From NCBI GenBank assembly GCA_949358305.1, contig OX442314.1, positions 33,542,001 to 33,606,000 of the forward strand: DNA of 64,000 bases, read 5' to 3'. The notes under the pieces were generated by a model, which saw nothing but the letters and a program-made list of their open reading frames with translations, had not been told where the DNA came from and made no database searches. Origin of the DNA: Strigamia acuminata (lineage: Eukaryota). Below, in pieces: positions 25,801-37,352 of the stretch. A program made the position numbers and the translations under genes. Position 1 is the stretch's first letter. Each line of letters starts with the position of its first letter.

Positions 25801-26379
25801 AGCTACCGCAACAACGTCGGCGGCCTGCTCGGACCCGCCAAACGCGACCAGTGGCTCCAGTTGCGCTCCGAGGTCGAACTGACCACCGACAATTGGCTCA
25901 CGACGGCTTTGAAATGTCTTTCGATGATTCATTCGAGGTTGGGAGACTAAAACGAATAGAAATAGAACAGAAGAGAGATAATATTGCTGCTTTCCTTTCC
26001 TCTAGGACCAATTGCGTCAATGTTCTCGTGACGACGACACAGCTGGTCCCCGCTCTTGCCAAAGTGCTGCTCTACGGGCTGGGTGGCGTTTTCCCCATCG
26101 AGAACATCTACAGCGCCACCAAAATAGGCAAAGAAACGTGTTTCGAAAGGATTGTTTCGAGGTTCGGGCGCAAATGCACCTACGTCGTGGTCGGCGACGG
26201 GCGCGACGAAGAGACGGCCGCCAAACAGGTGATTGGATTTGTTTAGGTTTAGGTTTAACTTTCGATGGGTAAATCATTTGTTTTTGTTGTTGTTTTAGTT
26301 GAATTTTCCGTTCTGGCGCATTTCCGGACATTCGGATCTGGCGGCGCTTTATCACGCTTTGGACCTCGGACATTTGTGA
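19830..26379 (+). CDS. eya: Eyes absent (EYA) transcriptional coactivator / HAD-family phosphatase, ~661 aa
   Basis: In-frame GT-AG exons 19830-19874 (MLYNYKP...), 23369-23427 (VKR...), 23610-23836, 23938-24863, 25460-25549, 25603-25937, 26006-26228 and 26299-26379. P/S/Y-rich N-terminus, then the Eya domain [92 protein letters not shown]. The Eya-domain exons are certain; the choice of first exon is less so. Confidence 0.95.
20710..20790 (+). other. eya: Candidate alternative first coding exon of eya
   Basis: ATG plus an open frame of 27 codons ending at a strong donor GAG|GTAAGT in phase 0, compatible with the exon at 23369. Confidence 0.35.
22901..22927 (+). other. eya: Candidate alternative first coding exon of eya (MVDKRVEEQ)
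   Basis: Phase-0 donor CAG|GTAGGT. Upstream CT-rich tract with TCAGT initiator-like motifs near 22558. Confidence 0.45.
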
Positions 26380-26497
26380 GTGAAAAACGGACATGTTTGT
26401 GTGCGACGTCGACGAAGCGATGGCGGATGGTTTCGCTCGCCCCGCGCGAGATCGTGCGGGATCGGGGTCTACCAAAGATTTTTTTTTTTAAATAATA

Positions 26498-26529
<32 letters not shown>

Positions 26530-26802
26530 TTTTTCCCGCTCCACGAGGACAGAGACTCGAGTCGGGGAAAAAGTGTCGAGTGAAAAAAATATCATTCCTA
26601 TGTAAGAGGTGAAAATTAAATGCGAAAACAACAAAGATTAAATTTATTTGATTAACCCATGATAATTTAATGGAAATAATTAAACAAACACGAGATATCG
26701 TAGCGATGCGATGGATGTGCCAGCGTGAGAACAAGAGGCGCCGTCTAGTGGTCTAGTTGTAAACTAAACTAAACGTTCGCACGACGTTCGCCCGTTCGCC
26801 CG

Positions 26803-26810
26803 TATATAAA
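26803..26810 (+). promoter_or_regulatory. Candidate TATA box of U1-C-like gene
   Basis: TATATAAA starting 58 nt upstream of the ATG at 26861. Confidence 0.55.
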
Positions 26811-26860
26811 CGACAACTCCAGTGTGAAAAATCATAACTGTGCGAATCCGTTCCGACACG

Positions 26861-27475
26861 ATGCCACGATACTACTGCGATTACTGCGACACTCATTTGA
26901 CGCACGACTCTCCGTCCGTCCGTAAAACGCACTGCGCCGGACGAAAACACATCGATAACGTGCGGGCCTACTACCAACAGTGGGCGGACGAACGAACCCA
27001 AGCCGCAATCAACGCTATCATTGCCGCACAAAAGGCTGGACAATTCGCTCCGCCCCCCAACGCCTGGCCATTCGCGCCCCCGTCAAACGCGATGCCCCCC
27101 CACATGGGGGGGCATCCTCCACCACCAAACATGTACCCGCATCCCATGGGCTTCGTCCCACCGAACGGCATGCCCCAGTTACCTTACATGGTGCCCCAAG
27201 GAGCCAATGTGGGGCCCCAACCCCCAAGACCGTACTTGGGACTCCAAGGATCCAATTTGGGGCCTCCAAGACCTTATTTGGTACCTGAAGGATCCAATTT
27301 GGGGCTCCAAAGACCGTATTTTGTACCGCAAGAGTACAATTTGGGGCTTCAAATGCCCAGTATGATGTTTTCTGGGGCTCCGATGAGGTATCCGATGCCG
27401 CAGATGCCCTTGGTGGGTCCAACAGTAACGTATGGTGACCCACCACCATCGGGGGCCCGCAACGAACCGGTGTAA
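26861..27475 (+). CDS. SNRPC: U1 snRNP protein C (U1-C)-like, intronless, 204 aa
   Basis: [30 protein letters not shown] matches the U1-C matrin-type zinc finger, followed by a Pro/Met/Gly-rich tail. AATAAA at ~27534. Confidence 0.93.
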   Translation: MPRYYCDYCDTHLTHDSPSVRKTHCAGRKHIDNVRAYYQQWADERTQAAINAIIAAQKAGQFAPPPNAWPFAPPSNAMPPHMGGHPPPPNMYPHPMGFVPPNGMPQLPYMVPQGANVGPQPPRPYLGLQGSNLGPPRPYLVPEGSNLGLQRPYFVPQEYNLGLQMPSMMFSGAPMRYPMPQMPLVGPTVTYGDPPPSGARNEPV

Positions 27476-30400
27476 AAATTAAATTTATGATTAATTATTT
27501 TCCTTTTGTCGCTTTTTTTAATTTGTTTGAAGCAATAAATATTTGGGGTTGGAAAAGTTATTATATATTTTTTATTTCGATAATTGGGTTCCAGGTTTTC
27601 CATTTTTCACAGGAAATTCCGTTTTTCGTGCCGGGAATTGAATTTACCAAGAAATAGATGATAAAACGTGGAAAAATGAGATGAGTAAATTGTAAAAATA
27701 AAATCGAAATCGAATAGCAATTTTTTGGGTTTTAATTGTTTGGGATGAAATTGTAGTTGAAATTAGTTGAATTATTTTGTAATGTCATCTGTTGCTGATT
27801 TTTTCTTCTTTAAATAAGTATTAAAAACAAGTTTGTAATTTATTGAACAGGTTACTAGTAAAACATTTTTCTATTTTACAAGTTTGAAATCGCCACGTTT
27901 TACTGGTTCCGGGAATGGTCGCCAGGATTAAAACTGTTTCGCTATCTGTTGTTGGGATTTTTAACTTGGGTTTGTCGGCATCGTTTTGCATTTTTATTTT
28001 ATTCTGATTTTTGGTTCCGGCATGTTATTTGTTTTCCTGTTTTACTTTAAATTTTTTATTCATTAATTACTTGACGCAATCATCATTTGATCATGTCGTA
28101 ACATTAAAATCTTCAGAATCGACGATTGGTTCATTCCTCGAGAAAGGATCCGTTCTACTCGTAAGATGTCGTCCGTGTTTAGCAATGTGAACCCCGCAGA
28201 ATGCAGAATGATTTGGATCGTGGTTCCAGGCGCTACGTTGCTTCGTATCTGGCTTGGTTTTTTTTTTCCACAGCGATGTTAAAACTTGCATTTTGGTTTG
28301 AATATGGTTTGTACTTCGTTTTGTCGAATTTATCCGCTGAAGTATTTTTTGAATTTAAATTTTTTCGATTTGGTCGAAGTATCTCGTGGAGCAAGAGGTA
28401 AATTTCCATTTTTTCGGCGCCATGTTTAAGTTCATTACAACTTTTAATTTTTCACCAAATAGCTTGTATTTTTATTTGTTACATGTCCATCGCTTCGTTC
28501 CAGCCACCAATTGGTTCAGTTGAAGAACATACTAAACTTCTGACTTTTGTTTTTCTTAGTTCTTGTATTTGTAAGCCCACATTCCAATACGAATGTGGCT
28601 TTTTACATGATTTTGTACTGTAAGACCACATTCTTGAATGTGTGTGGCATTTACATTTGCATTGTAAGCTGCATTCCGGCATGAATTTAACATTTCAATT
28701 GTGTCACATGTGTGGAGTCTTCTACTTTTCCTTCATTTTAATATTTATTTTTGTATTTGACATTCTTGGAAAATGTAATATTTAAATTTTTTTTGTATTT
28801 ACTTGAAAATATGTGAAATACAGCAGCTGTGCAGGAATTAACGTTGGGCAATGAAAAAATGTAGAATAGCAACAATTAGAAAAATCAAGATGATTAAAGC
28901 AATTTTAAAAAGAGGCTGTCTAAAAAGAATGAGGCTGATGTGTTCCATCGCCTAAACTTTGGCTGCTTTTCTAGGGAATTGCATAGTCTACAACGCCACA
29001 ATACCTTCATTGTTCCTGTCTCTGTGAATTAACGACACAAATGCAACATTCCATCAACACTAGAACAAAATAACAAAATCAACATGTTAAGAAAAAATTG
29101 CTTACAGATAAAAAAAAGAAAGGAATTTTTCTTAAACTTAAAGAAATAGCACAAAATCAAATCTTTGGTCAGGCATTGTAAAATAAAACATTACGTAGCA
29201 CTGCACCACATTCAATAATAAATGACTTAATTTGTGCATGTCCGCTGTGGAGTGGTGCACATCTCCATATCTAGGCTAGGTGTATTAGTCATGTGGCGGT
29301 TAGTGATATAGGATTAGGAAAACACCGGTAGTTTCCACAGTTCTCACGGTTACCACAGGTTGAAACGTCGTCGCTTCTGACTAACTATTTTCAATTTGAA
29401 ATAAATGTGTCCTACATACAAAAACAAAGATATAGTGAGACAACGTTTAATGATCATATGCATGGGAAGTTTATTGTCTACGATGTAGAATTCTTCAATT
29501 AAAAAAACATATAGTTTACTTATAAAAAAAAAATTCTTATAAGATAAAGTTCAAACCAGATCATTATTTTACACGCTACCGGTATAATTGGATGGTTTAA
29601 CAGTCTGGATGCAGGCAGCCATTGAAATGTGTGTTTGCAAAAACGTTTGGCTGGCTGGTTGTACTCGCATCAATTAATAATAGAGGTCTAAAAATGCCTG
29701 TGGGGTAACATAAACCTAGATGTGGCTGTTAGTGCCATAGGAGGAGAGTATTGTTAAAAAATATTATTTTTTTCCTCTTATAAATACATTTACAAAATAA
29801 TCTGAATCCAAAGGATAGAAGCGGCGAGATACGTTATTTCCTTCTTCATCTCACCAAAAGCCAACGCCAAAAGCACAGGGCAACTCGCTAGTCGCTCTGC
29901 AGTGTCCGACAGAGAATGAAAACACACTCGGCGTCCTGCACAAATGTATTTTCATTCTCCTCCCCGCCGTGTTGCACAACTTTTCGAAAATCCATGCAAG
30001 TTGTAAAATGTAGAAGAACATGTGCACAAACTCAGCAATGGGAGCAATTGGGAAAATTTCCAAATCTGACAAAATCTGGCAGGCAATTTAGGAGAAAAAT
30101 ACTTTCGATAGACGCATTGGTGCGATAGATGTTTAGTTTCTAGCAGTTTGGTGCACTTGCTTAATGCTTGATCCCGATGTCACCAACCCAGAAGCATTCT
30201 GATAAATGCAAGTCTGGTAAATTTAAGCGTTGAAGATGTGGCAATGTTGCGGGACATGCGGGAGTATGTTGACATGATCGAACTACTGAAGTCGATCAAT
30301 TTGCTGGAAGGAAGATAAATCTAAATTCACAATACAGGAGATCTACTAATGAAAAATAAATAAGTCTCAACACACGCACATTAATACATTTGGCATCAGA

Positions 30401-30629
30401 TGTACCGGTATTATTGCAATACACTCGATGAACCACTATACGTATACATTGAGATTATAAATATCAGATAGATGTATCATATTCTCAAGTAATGACACTA
30501 CAATAAAACAAAACTACTTGTACATCTCTTAATCAACAATTGTCATAAAAAAAATGTTCACGCTTTGATGAACTGGGTCACCAATGCACAAAATACAAAA
30601 TAGTCGTACGGTACTATGAATAAATAGTA

Positions 30630-30892
30630 ATCAATAATGCTCAACTTATGGGCTAGTGTTGTTATGAAGAAGCACTGAGTCATAAAAGTTCTACCAGCGG
30701 TCCTAACAAACTCTAACACCCAACAACTTTGTTATGGGGTCGTGGTCGATAATTTCGAATCTGTTGGCAATGAGACGCTAAAGTTGATTTCGAACATTGT
30801 TGGAAGAATAGAATAAAACTGTCATCTACAGTATGTATACTAACATTATTGCAGGAGTCCTGACATGCAATTGTAAGCTGGGATTTTATGAA
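30630..30892 (-). mobile_element. Ty1/Copia reverse-transcriptase relic (copy in duplicated array)
   Basis: Homologous to 35983-36245 and 45290-45528, which translate to YTDD/YTGD-like and DLG...LLGVEF fragments. Disrupted. Confidence 0.55.
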
Positions 30893-31866
30893 CGTAGTTG
30901 TACACCTTGTTCAAGGTTATAAAATTTGCCCCCAGAGACAGTCTTCCCGACGAATAGCAGTATTATGCAACGTAGAAATTCCCAAATTGTGATTACATAG
31001 GAATCCAGCAAGTTTGTTCGGTAATACTGCCAGATCCAATCTTTTCCACGGTGGCAGTGCTAATTTCGAGTAGATTTTTTTAAGCATTCCGGTAAATTAG
31101 TTATTTCGTAAACGTAATGGTGGATGGTGATGAATTTCAGAAGTGACACACGGGTTTAAGTATGTGAAATTTATCAAAAAATAGCACATTTCGACTGAAA
31201 TTGGTTGTTCACAAGTACTACATTAATGCGTATGGACCTTAACACGTCCCGGTTGTTGATCTTTTCGGAGGTGTCGTGGAACTGTTTCGTCGGTGGGTCT
31301 ACACCATACAGTGGATGGAGAAGGGAAGAACACGTCATACACAAGTTACAGGTTTGAAGGGTCCAAAAGTGCACTCGCATCGGGAAGAACGGGCAGAACA
31401 GGGAAAGCAACTTGATGTACAACGGCTAATGAGGACATGTTTGCATCAACTGGTCTTTGTGAGATGCCCAAATCGACACGACGTTGTATCGTATAAAATG
31501 TGGTCTTGATCCGTTGTTTCTTTGTGAGATGCTCAAATCGACACGACGTTGTATCGTATAAAATGTGGTCTTGATTCGTTGTTTTTGGTTGGGGTTGCCG
31601 GACTTCCTGTTCGAGATACGGTCTCGGATGACCGGGTTCCACAGGTTTTAGCGTTGTATCTCTATCACAATTGGTTGTGGTCTATCGTCCAGAGGATTGT
31701 GAAGAACGTTCACAAATACAAACTCAGCACTGGGAACAATTGGGAAAATGTCCAAATCTGACGAAATCCGTGTCATACAGGACATACAGGAGATCTAATT
31801 TACTAATAAAAAATAAGTCAACATACGCACATTTGGCATCAGATATACCGGTATTATTGCAATACA

Positions 31867-32928
31867 CTCGAGTCCTACCTTTCAGATCGCACATTTCACA
31901 TTGCCTCCGACCCCCAGACCACTGAATTTCCAATTTCCCGTGGTGTCGTACAAGGTACTGTCTTAGGTCCTTTGTTGTATAACGCGATCACTGTACCCAT
32001 TTTGTCTCTGCCCTTAGAATCAAAGGCACGCTCCTACGTAGATGATAATTTCCTTACCCAAACTACTGAGTCTAACTTAACTACCCCTGCCCAGACCCTT
32101 TTCGCCGCTGACTTGTCTAGTTTGTCCGACTGGTACACCGCCCACGACATGAGTTTGAACAAGGAGAAGACCGGTTTTATCACCTTTAGTCGACCCCCCC
32201 GGGCGGTGACCCCCTACCCTGTTGATACTGTCACAGTTTTAGGCTTGATCCTTGACCCTCACCTCACCTTCGCCCCTCACATCCGCCACATTAACAGGTT
32301 TCTCTCCCGCACAGCGTACATTGTGAAACATCTGAGAAGTGTATTATCTCGCACAGAGATGATATCCTATATCCGCTCAAAGGTGCATCCCACCATATTG
32401 TATGCCTCCCAATTTTGGAACTCCTCCCCAAACCGTTTCAAACACCAACTTACGACTGCGTATAACCGGGTACTCCGTGTCGCCTTCAAATTTCCTGACA
32501 AGACCCACGTAACTCCGTTCTACAACACGCTGAACATCTTGACGCTGGACAACTTACTGCTTCTGAATGACTTATCATCACTGGCGGACGTCATCCGGAA
32601 CCCAGATCATCCTGCACGAACCGTAGTGGATTATTACCATTATGATTTGGACACCCGTACCACCAGACGTCACAAATTTGAAATCACTGCCGATATTTCC
32701 ACCTATCTTAGGAAGACCTACCCCTATCGGTGTACGTCACTCTGGAACGATCTTCCATATGATGTCAGATCCTCAGTCCTTGACTGTTCTGCGTCCCGTT
32801 GTCGTTACCATTGCAAGCACATGCGTAAACGACTGTACAATCATGTTTTAAAAGTTCAAAAGACTGTTTAATTTTTCCTCTGTATTTACTCCATTGGAGT
32901 GTTTGAAATAAATAAATAAATAAATAAA
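31867..32928 (+). mobile_element. 5'-truncated non-LTR retrotransposon (LINE; CR1/L2/Jockey-like RT) with (TAAA)n tail
   Basis: Open frame LESYLSDR...GVVQGTVLGPLLYN...YVDD...LNKEKT...LGLILDPHLTF..HI to a stop at 32871, with a TAAA tail at 32906-32928. It interrupts the module CACTCGATGAACCACTG, which is intact at ~37245. Confidence 0.9.
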
Positions 32929-34374
32929 CCACTGTATTAGTAAATACATTGACATTATAAATGTCAAAACGATGTATTCTAAAGTAAAGACACTACAATA
33001 AAACAAAATTACATCTCTTAATCAACAATTGTTATAAAAATATGTTCACACCTTGATGAACTGGGCCACCAATGTGCATTGGACCCTCTGAACGAATCAA
33101 CTCGCGACATACAAATATACAAATATACACAAAAAAAAAACAAATTTAATAAACCTAACTCATGGGTTCTTTGCTGACACTTTGCCAAAACTCTGTCTTC
33201 TTTCCTAATCTCCTTCAAAACCAATTTCAAAGTGTATTGACCACATGTATTTCACTGTGTGATTTCACTTTGAAGAGACTGCCATTGGGTTTGTACACTG
33301 CATTCATGTCGTCACAGACCTCCCAGTACCAGCTCCCCACCGGAGATGCTTCTTGTACATTCATACATAGGTTATATCTCGAATTCTCGATCACAATTGG
33401 TTCTGGCAACTAACATCTATGGGGGATTCTCTAATGAAAAATAAATTATTACGACCCCACTAACCGGTATCATTGCAATACACTATGCAGTATATCGATG
33501 AACACTGCACCAAATATAAGCCTTTCATCTTAAAATTATCCAAACACTGTTGCAATAAGATAACACACTATAAATGTTGTAATATACACAGGAAGGACTC
33601 ACTTAACATAAAATGTCACCCACATGTTACCCACAGGTAAGGTGAAAACCGTGGTCAGTATACTTAAACACCACAGCCCATGTTTAAAATGGTGTATAAG
33701 AATAGCTACGAAATGGCCAGTATTCTAGACGCCGTGAAATTAGCAAAGTGTAAAAGGAAAGGGTATTTACTTTGGCGGGAATTTCTCTAAACAAGTATAG
33801 GGCGGACACATCCAGATGTAGGCAACAAAACTGATCTACCGCCTTCACTGCCATTCTGGCTCCCAGTGGAACTTAACCATTCAAAAAGCCTTTACGCAAT
33901 CAATCAGTAATCAAATTGTACCAAGTTGTATGCTTTACAAGGTAAGAGCACAATTTCTTTGTACAATCTGTGAAGATTCTGCTTAACAATATTGCTGATA
34001 AACAAAGTGTATTACTGACTGAATAAAGCAAGACAAATACTTGACAAGAGTTCAAAACCCATCATCATTTATTGGGGGATAGATATATTCACAACTGTGA
34101 ATATTCTGACCTATATCATTTAAACTACTAAATACATGAATAAAAGGGTCGGGGCTTTGCCAGCGTCGAAATGCGCCAGCTTCTCGTGCTGTAGCGTCAG
34201 TCTATTATTATTTTTATTATTATTTTCAATAATATTTTGCCAGCTTCGGATGTTGCCAGCGTCTATTGTTGCCAGCGTCAATAGGTTTAAGCGCATATTA
34301 AATTAAATATTAAAAAAAATAATAAGTAAAAAAAAAATATAATAATAATATAATAAATTTATTGGATTATAAAA

Positions 34375-34587
34375 TTAAAACATTTTATGCAAGCTTAAAA
34401 TAGCCTGCCTGCATGTTAGACAATAAGGCTCGACCTTATCCCTAATGAAATTGTCAAGACAGGCGGAGCAGAAGCTGTGTCCACATGGCACCAAGAAAAT
34501 GTTTTTCCTATTGGATGTGCAAATGGAACACTTGTTAGCTTCACAATCAGACTCTTCTGCATCTGCACCTTTCACAACTACTCTCAA
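34375..34587 (-). pseudogene. C3HC4 RING-finger coding fragment
   Basis: CSIC...LVPCGHSFCSAC...CLTCR at the ORF C-terminus. No ATG, and an in-frame stop shortly upstream. Confidence 0.65.
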
Positions 34588-35982
34588 ATTGAATCGGTGC
34601 TGTACGTGTTCCGCTGTTTGTTCTTTCCACGCATTTCGTGCGTTAAAAGCGTCAACAACGGATGGTCACCTCACTGGTCTCGGGAGGCTCTGGCAGAGGC
34701 TTGATGTTAACGGCCTGGGTCAGGCTCAAAACTGGGTTTGAAAAGTGCACTAGTATTGGTTTGAGGTTGAAGCGTCGTCGTCTCTAACTAAGGGCAGAGG
34801 CTGTAGATTTCTCGATGTTTGGTCTAGGTCGTCGAGCGCACAAACTCAAACGCGGCAAAGGTATCGCAACATCTTACACAATTGATAAAATAATATGGTT
34901 TCTAATTAAGTGCCACAAGCACGAATTCAATTCTTATCTCAATAAAATGGGAGAGTAAACATTCTGTCCCAATTGTGTGGCTTGGCGCAAAAAAAAAGTC
35001 ATTACAATCAAACCAAGTGGTGACCTTTGGATATTAAATTAAATGATAATCCAATTCGTTTATTCACTTGTTGGAAATACAAACATTGTGTGGACTGAAA
35101 AGTGGTGCATACATTGGTTTTTGACATTTTCTGGTTGACATTAATCAAGACTGCATCCAGTTGACTGAATATACAGAATTCGTGTTTGGAATTGTTTTTG
35201 GTTTTGTAATATATCCAAAGTTGTTGCTTTCCAACACATGACGTCTAGGTCCGACAAGTGAGTGCCTGGGCGGCTTCTGAGAAGATTTCTCGGGTCAAAT
35301 CTGCAGCAGATTCTGCAGCATTTCGACTAGACCAGAGGCGTTAAAACGTATTAACTATTTTCAAGGTGAAATAAATGTGCCCTACGTACAAAAACCAAAA
35401 TAGTTAGTCAACGTTCAATGATACGCATGGGAAGTGTATTGTTTTCAATGTAGAATTTTATCACACATGTTATAAAAAAAAAATTCTTAAAAGATAAAGT
35501 TTAAACCAGATAATTATTTCACATGCTAAACAGAGTGGTTTAATGAATGCAAGCAAAGCAGCCATTAAAATGCGATTGCAAAAACTTTTGCGTGGTTGTG
35601 CACACATCAATTAACAATAGGAGTCTAAAAATGCCTGTGGAGGGGTAACATAGATGTAGCGGTTAGTGCGATAGAAGAAGAGTATTTTTATCCAAGTAAT
35701 ACTAATGAAAAACGAGTCTCAAAACACGTACATTTGGTATCAGGTATTATTGCATCGTATTATTGTATTATTGCAATACACTAGATGAACCACTGCATTA
35801 GTAAATACATTGAGATTAAAACTATAAACAGATGTATTCTAAAGTAATGACACTACAATAAAACAAAGCTACTAAATCTCTTAATCAACAATTGTCATAA
35901 AAAACATGTTCATGCCTTGATGAACTGGGCCACCAATGCACGAAATACAAAATAGTTGTACGGTACCATGAACGAATAGTAA

Positions 35983-36410
35983 TCAACAATGCTCAACTTT
36001 TGGTTTAGTATTGATGTGAAGGAGCGCTGACTTGTGAGTCATAAAAGTTCTACCAGCAGTCCTAACAAACTCAACTCCCAAAAACTTTGTTATGGGCCGA
36101 GGTCCACAATTTCGAATCTGTTGGCAATGAGACGCAAAAGTTGATTTCGAACATTGTTGGAAGAATAGAATAAAACTGTCATCTGTGTATACTAACATTA
36201 TTGCATAGGTCCTGATACGCAATTGCAAGCTGGGATTTTATGAAATCCAAGATTGCATAATGTCTGTTGCAATTTTTGGTTCCACAGGCGCCTGACTGAT
36301 GTAGTCCGTAAAGTGAGTTGGTGAAAACGCAATGATGTGGCACCAGCAGGTATCCGCATATACATCTGACGTTCCAGTTCACCGTACAGACACGCGTATT
36401 TTACGTCTAA
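35983..36410 (-). mobile_element. Ty1/Copia RT relic
   Basis: LDVKYACLYGELERQMYMRIPAG, SLYGLHQSG, MLVYTDD and KFLGVEF fragments in shifting frames. Confidence 0.8.
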
Positions 36411-36494
36411 TAAATTAAAAGGAGAGAAAACGCTATCATAAAATGTCGAAAAGCTTAACAAAGGAGGAAATAATAATAATAAATAATAATAAAT

Positions 36495-36800
36495 TGAAAA
36501 ACTAAAAGGAGAGGAAACGCTAAGAAATTAAAAGCCTAAAAGGAGAAGAAACGCGAAGAAATTAAAAGCTTAAAAGGATAGGAAACGCGAATAAATACAA
36601 AGCCTAAAAGGAGAGGAAACGCTATAATAAAAAGTCTAGCATAAAATGAGAAAGAACGCGAATAAATTAAAAGCATAAAATGAGAAAGAACACGAATAAA
36701 TTGAAATACTAAAAGGAGAGGAAACGCTAAGAAATTAAAAGCCTAAAAGGAGAAGAAACGCTAAGAAATTAAAAGCTTAAATGAAGAAGAAACGCTAATA
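36495..36800. repeat. 34-bp purine-rich minisatellite (AAATTAAAAGCCTAAAAGGAGAAGAAACGCTAAG)
   Basis: About 9 imperfect units; period of 34 measured between 36525 and 36559. Confidence 0.85.
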
Positions 36801-37352
36801 AATTAAAAGGAAAATTGAAAAGAATAAAGACGAATAAAATAGAAGCATAAAACAAAGAATAATGAACTAAATTAGGATTAAACTCACCAAAATTCAACGT
36901 CCTCTCTCTGGCAAGGCGAAATTACTACTGGCCAAAACCGAAAGACAAAATAAACATGGTAAAAAATTCGAATATAACGCCATCGTGTTGTATTCGAATA
37001 CAACACGATGTTGTTATATTCGTGTTATATTCGAATTCTTGCTTTACGCAACCAATTTAAATGGGGTGCGCTACTGATTTGTGCGCATAATGGTCTAACC
37101 CCGTGTAATGCTGGCTCCGTTGATGTTATTTACACAAAGTCCTAGGAACTAGAAAAAATAAAGATAAAAAAAAATAAAAAAATAAAAATAATAAGTCACA
37201 ATACACGCACATTTGGCATCAGATATACCAGTATTATTGCAATACACTCGATGAACCACTGTATTAGTAAATGCATTGAGATTATAAATATAACATTGAT
37301 GTATTCTAAAGAAATGACACTACAATAAAACTACTAAATCTCTTAATCAACA

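Noticed and set aside
28479..28720. Cys/His-rich ORF suggesting C2H2 zinc fingers (copy at 41960-42110)
   Set aside because: Spacing does not give a clean C2H2 pattern in any single frame.
31455..31584. 65-bp direct duplication as a regulatory repeat
   Set aside because: Simple two-copy tandem duplication in decayed sequence.
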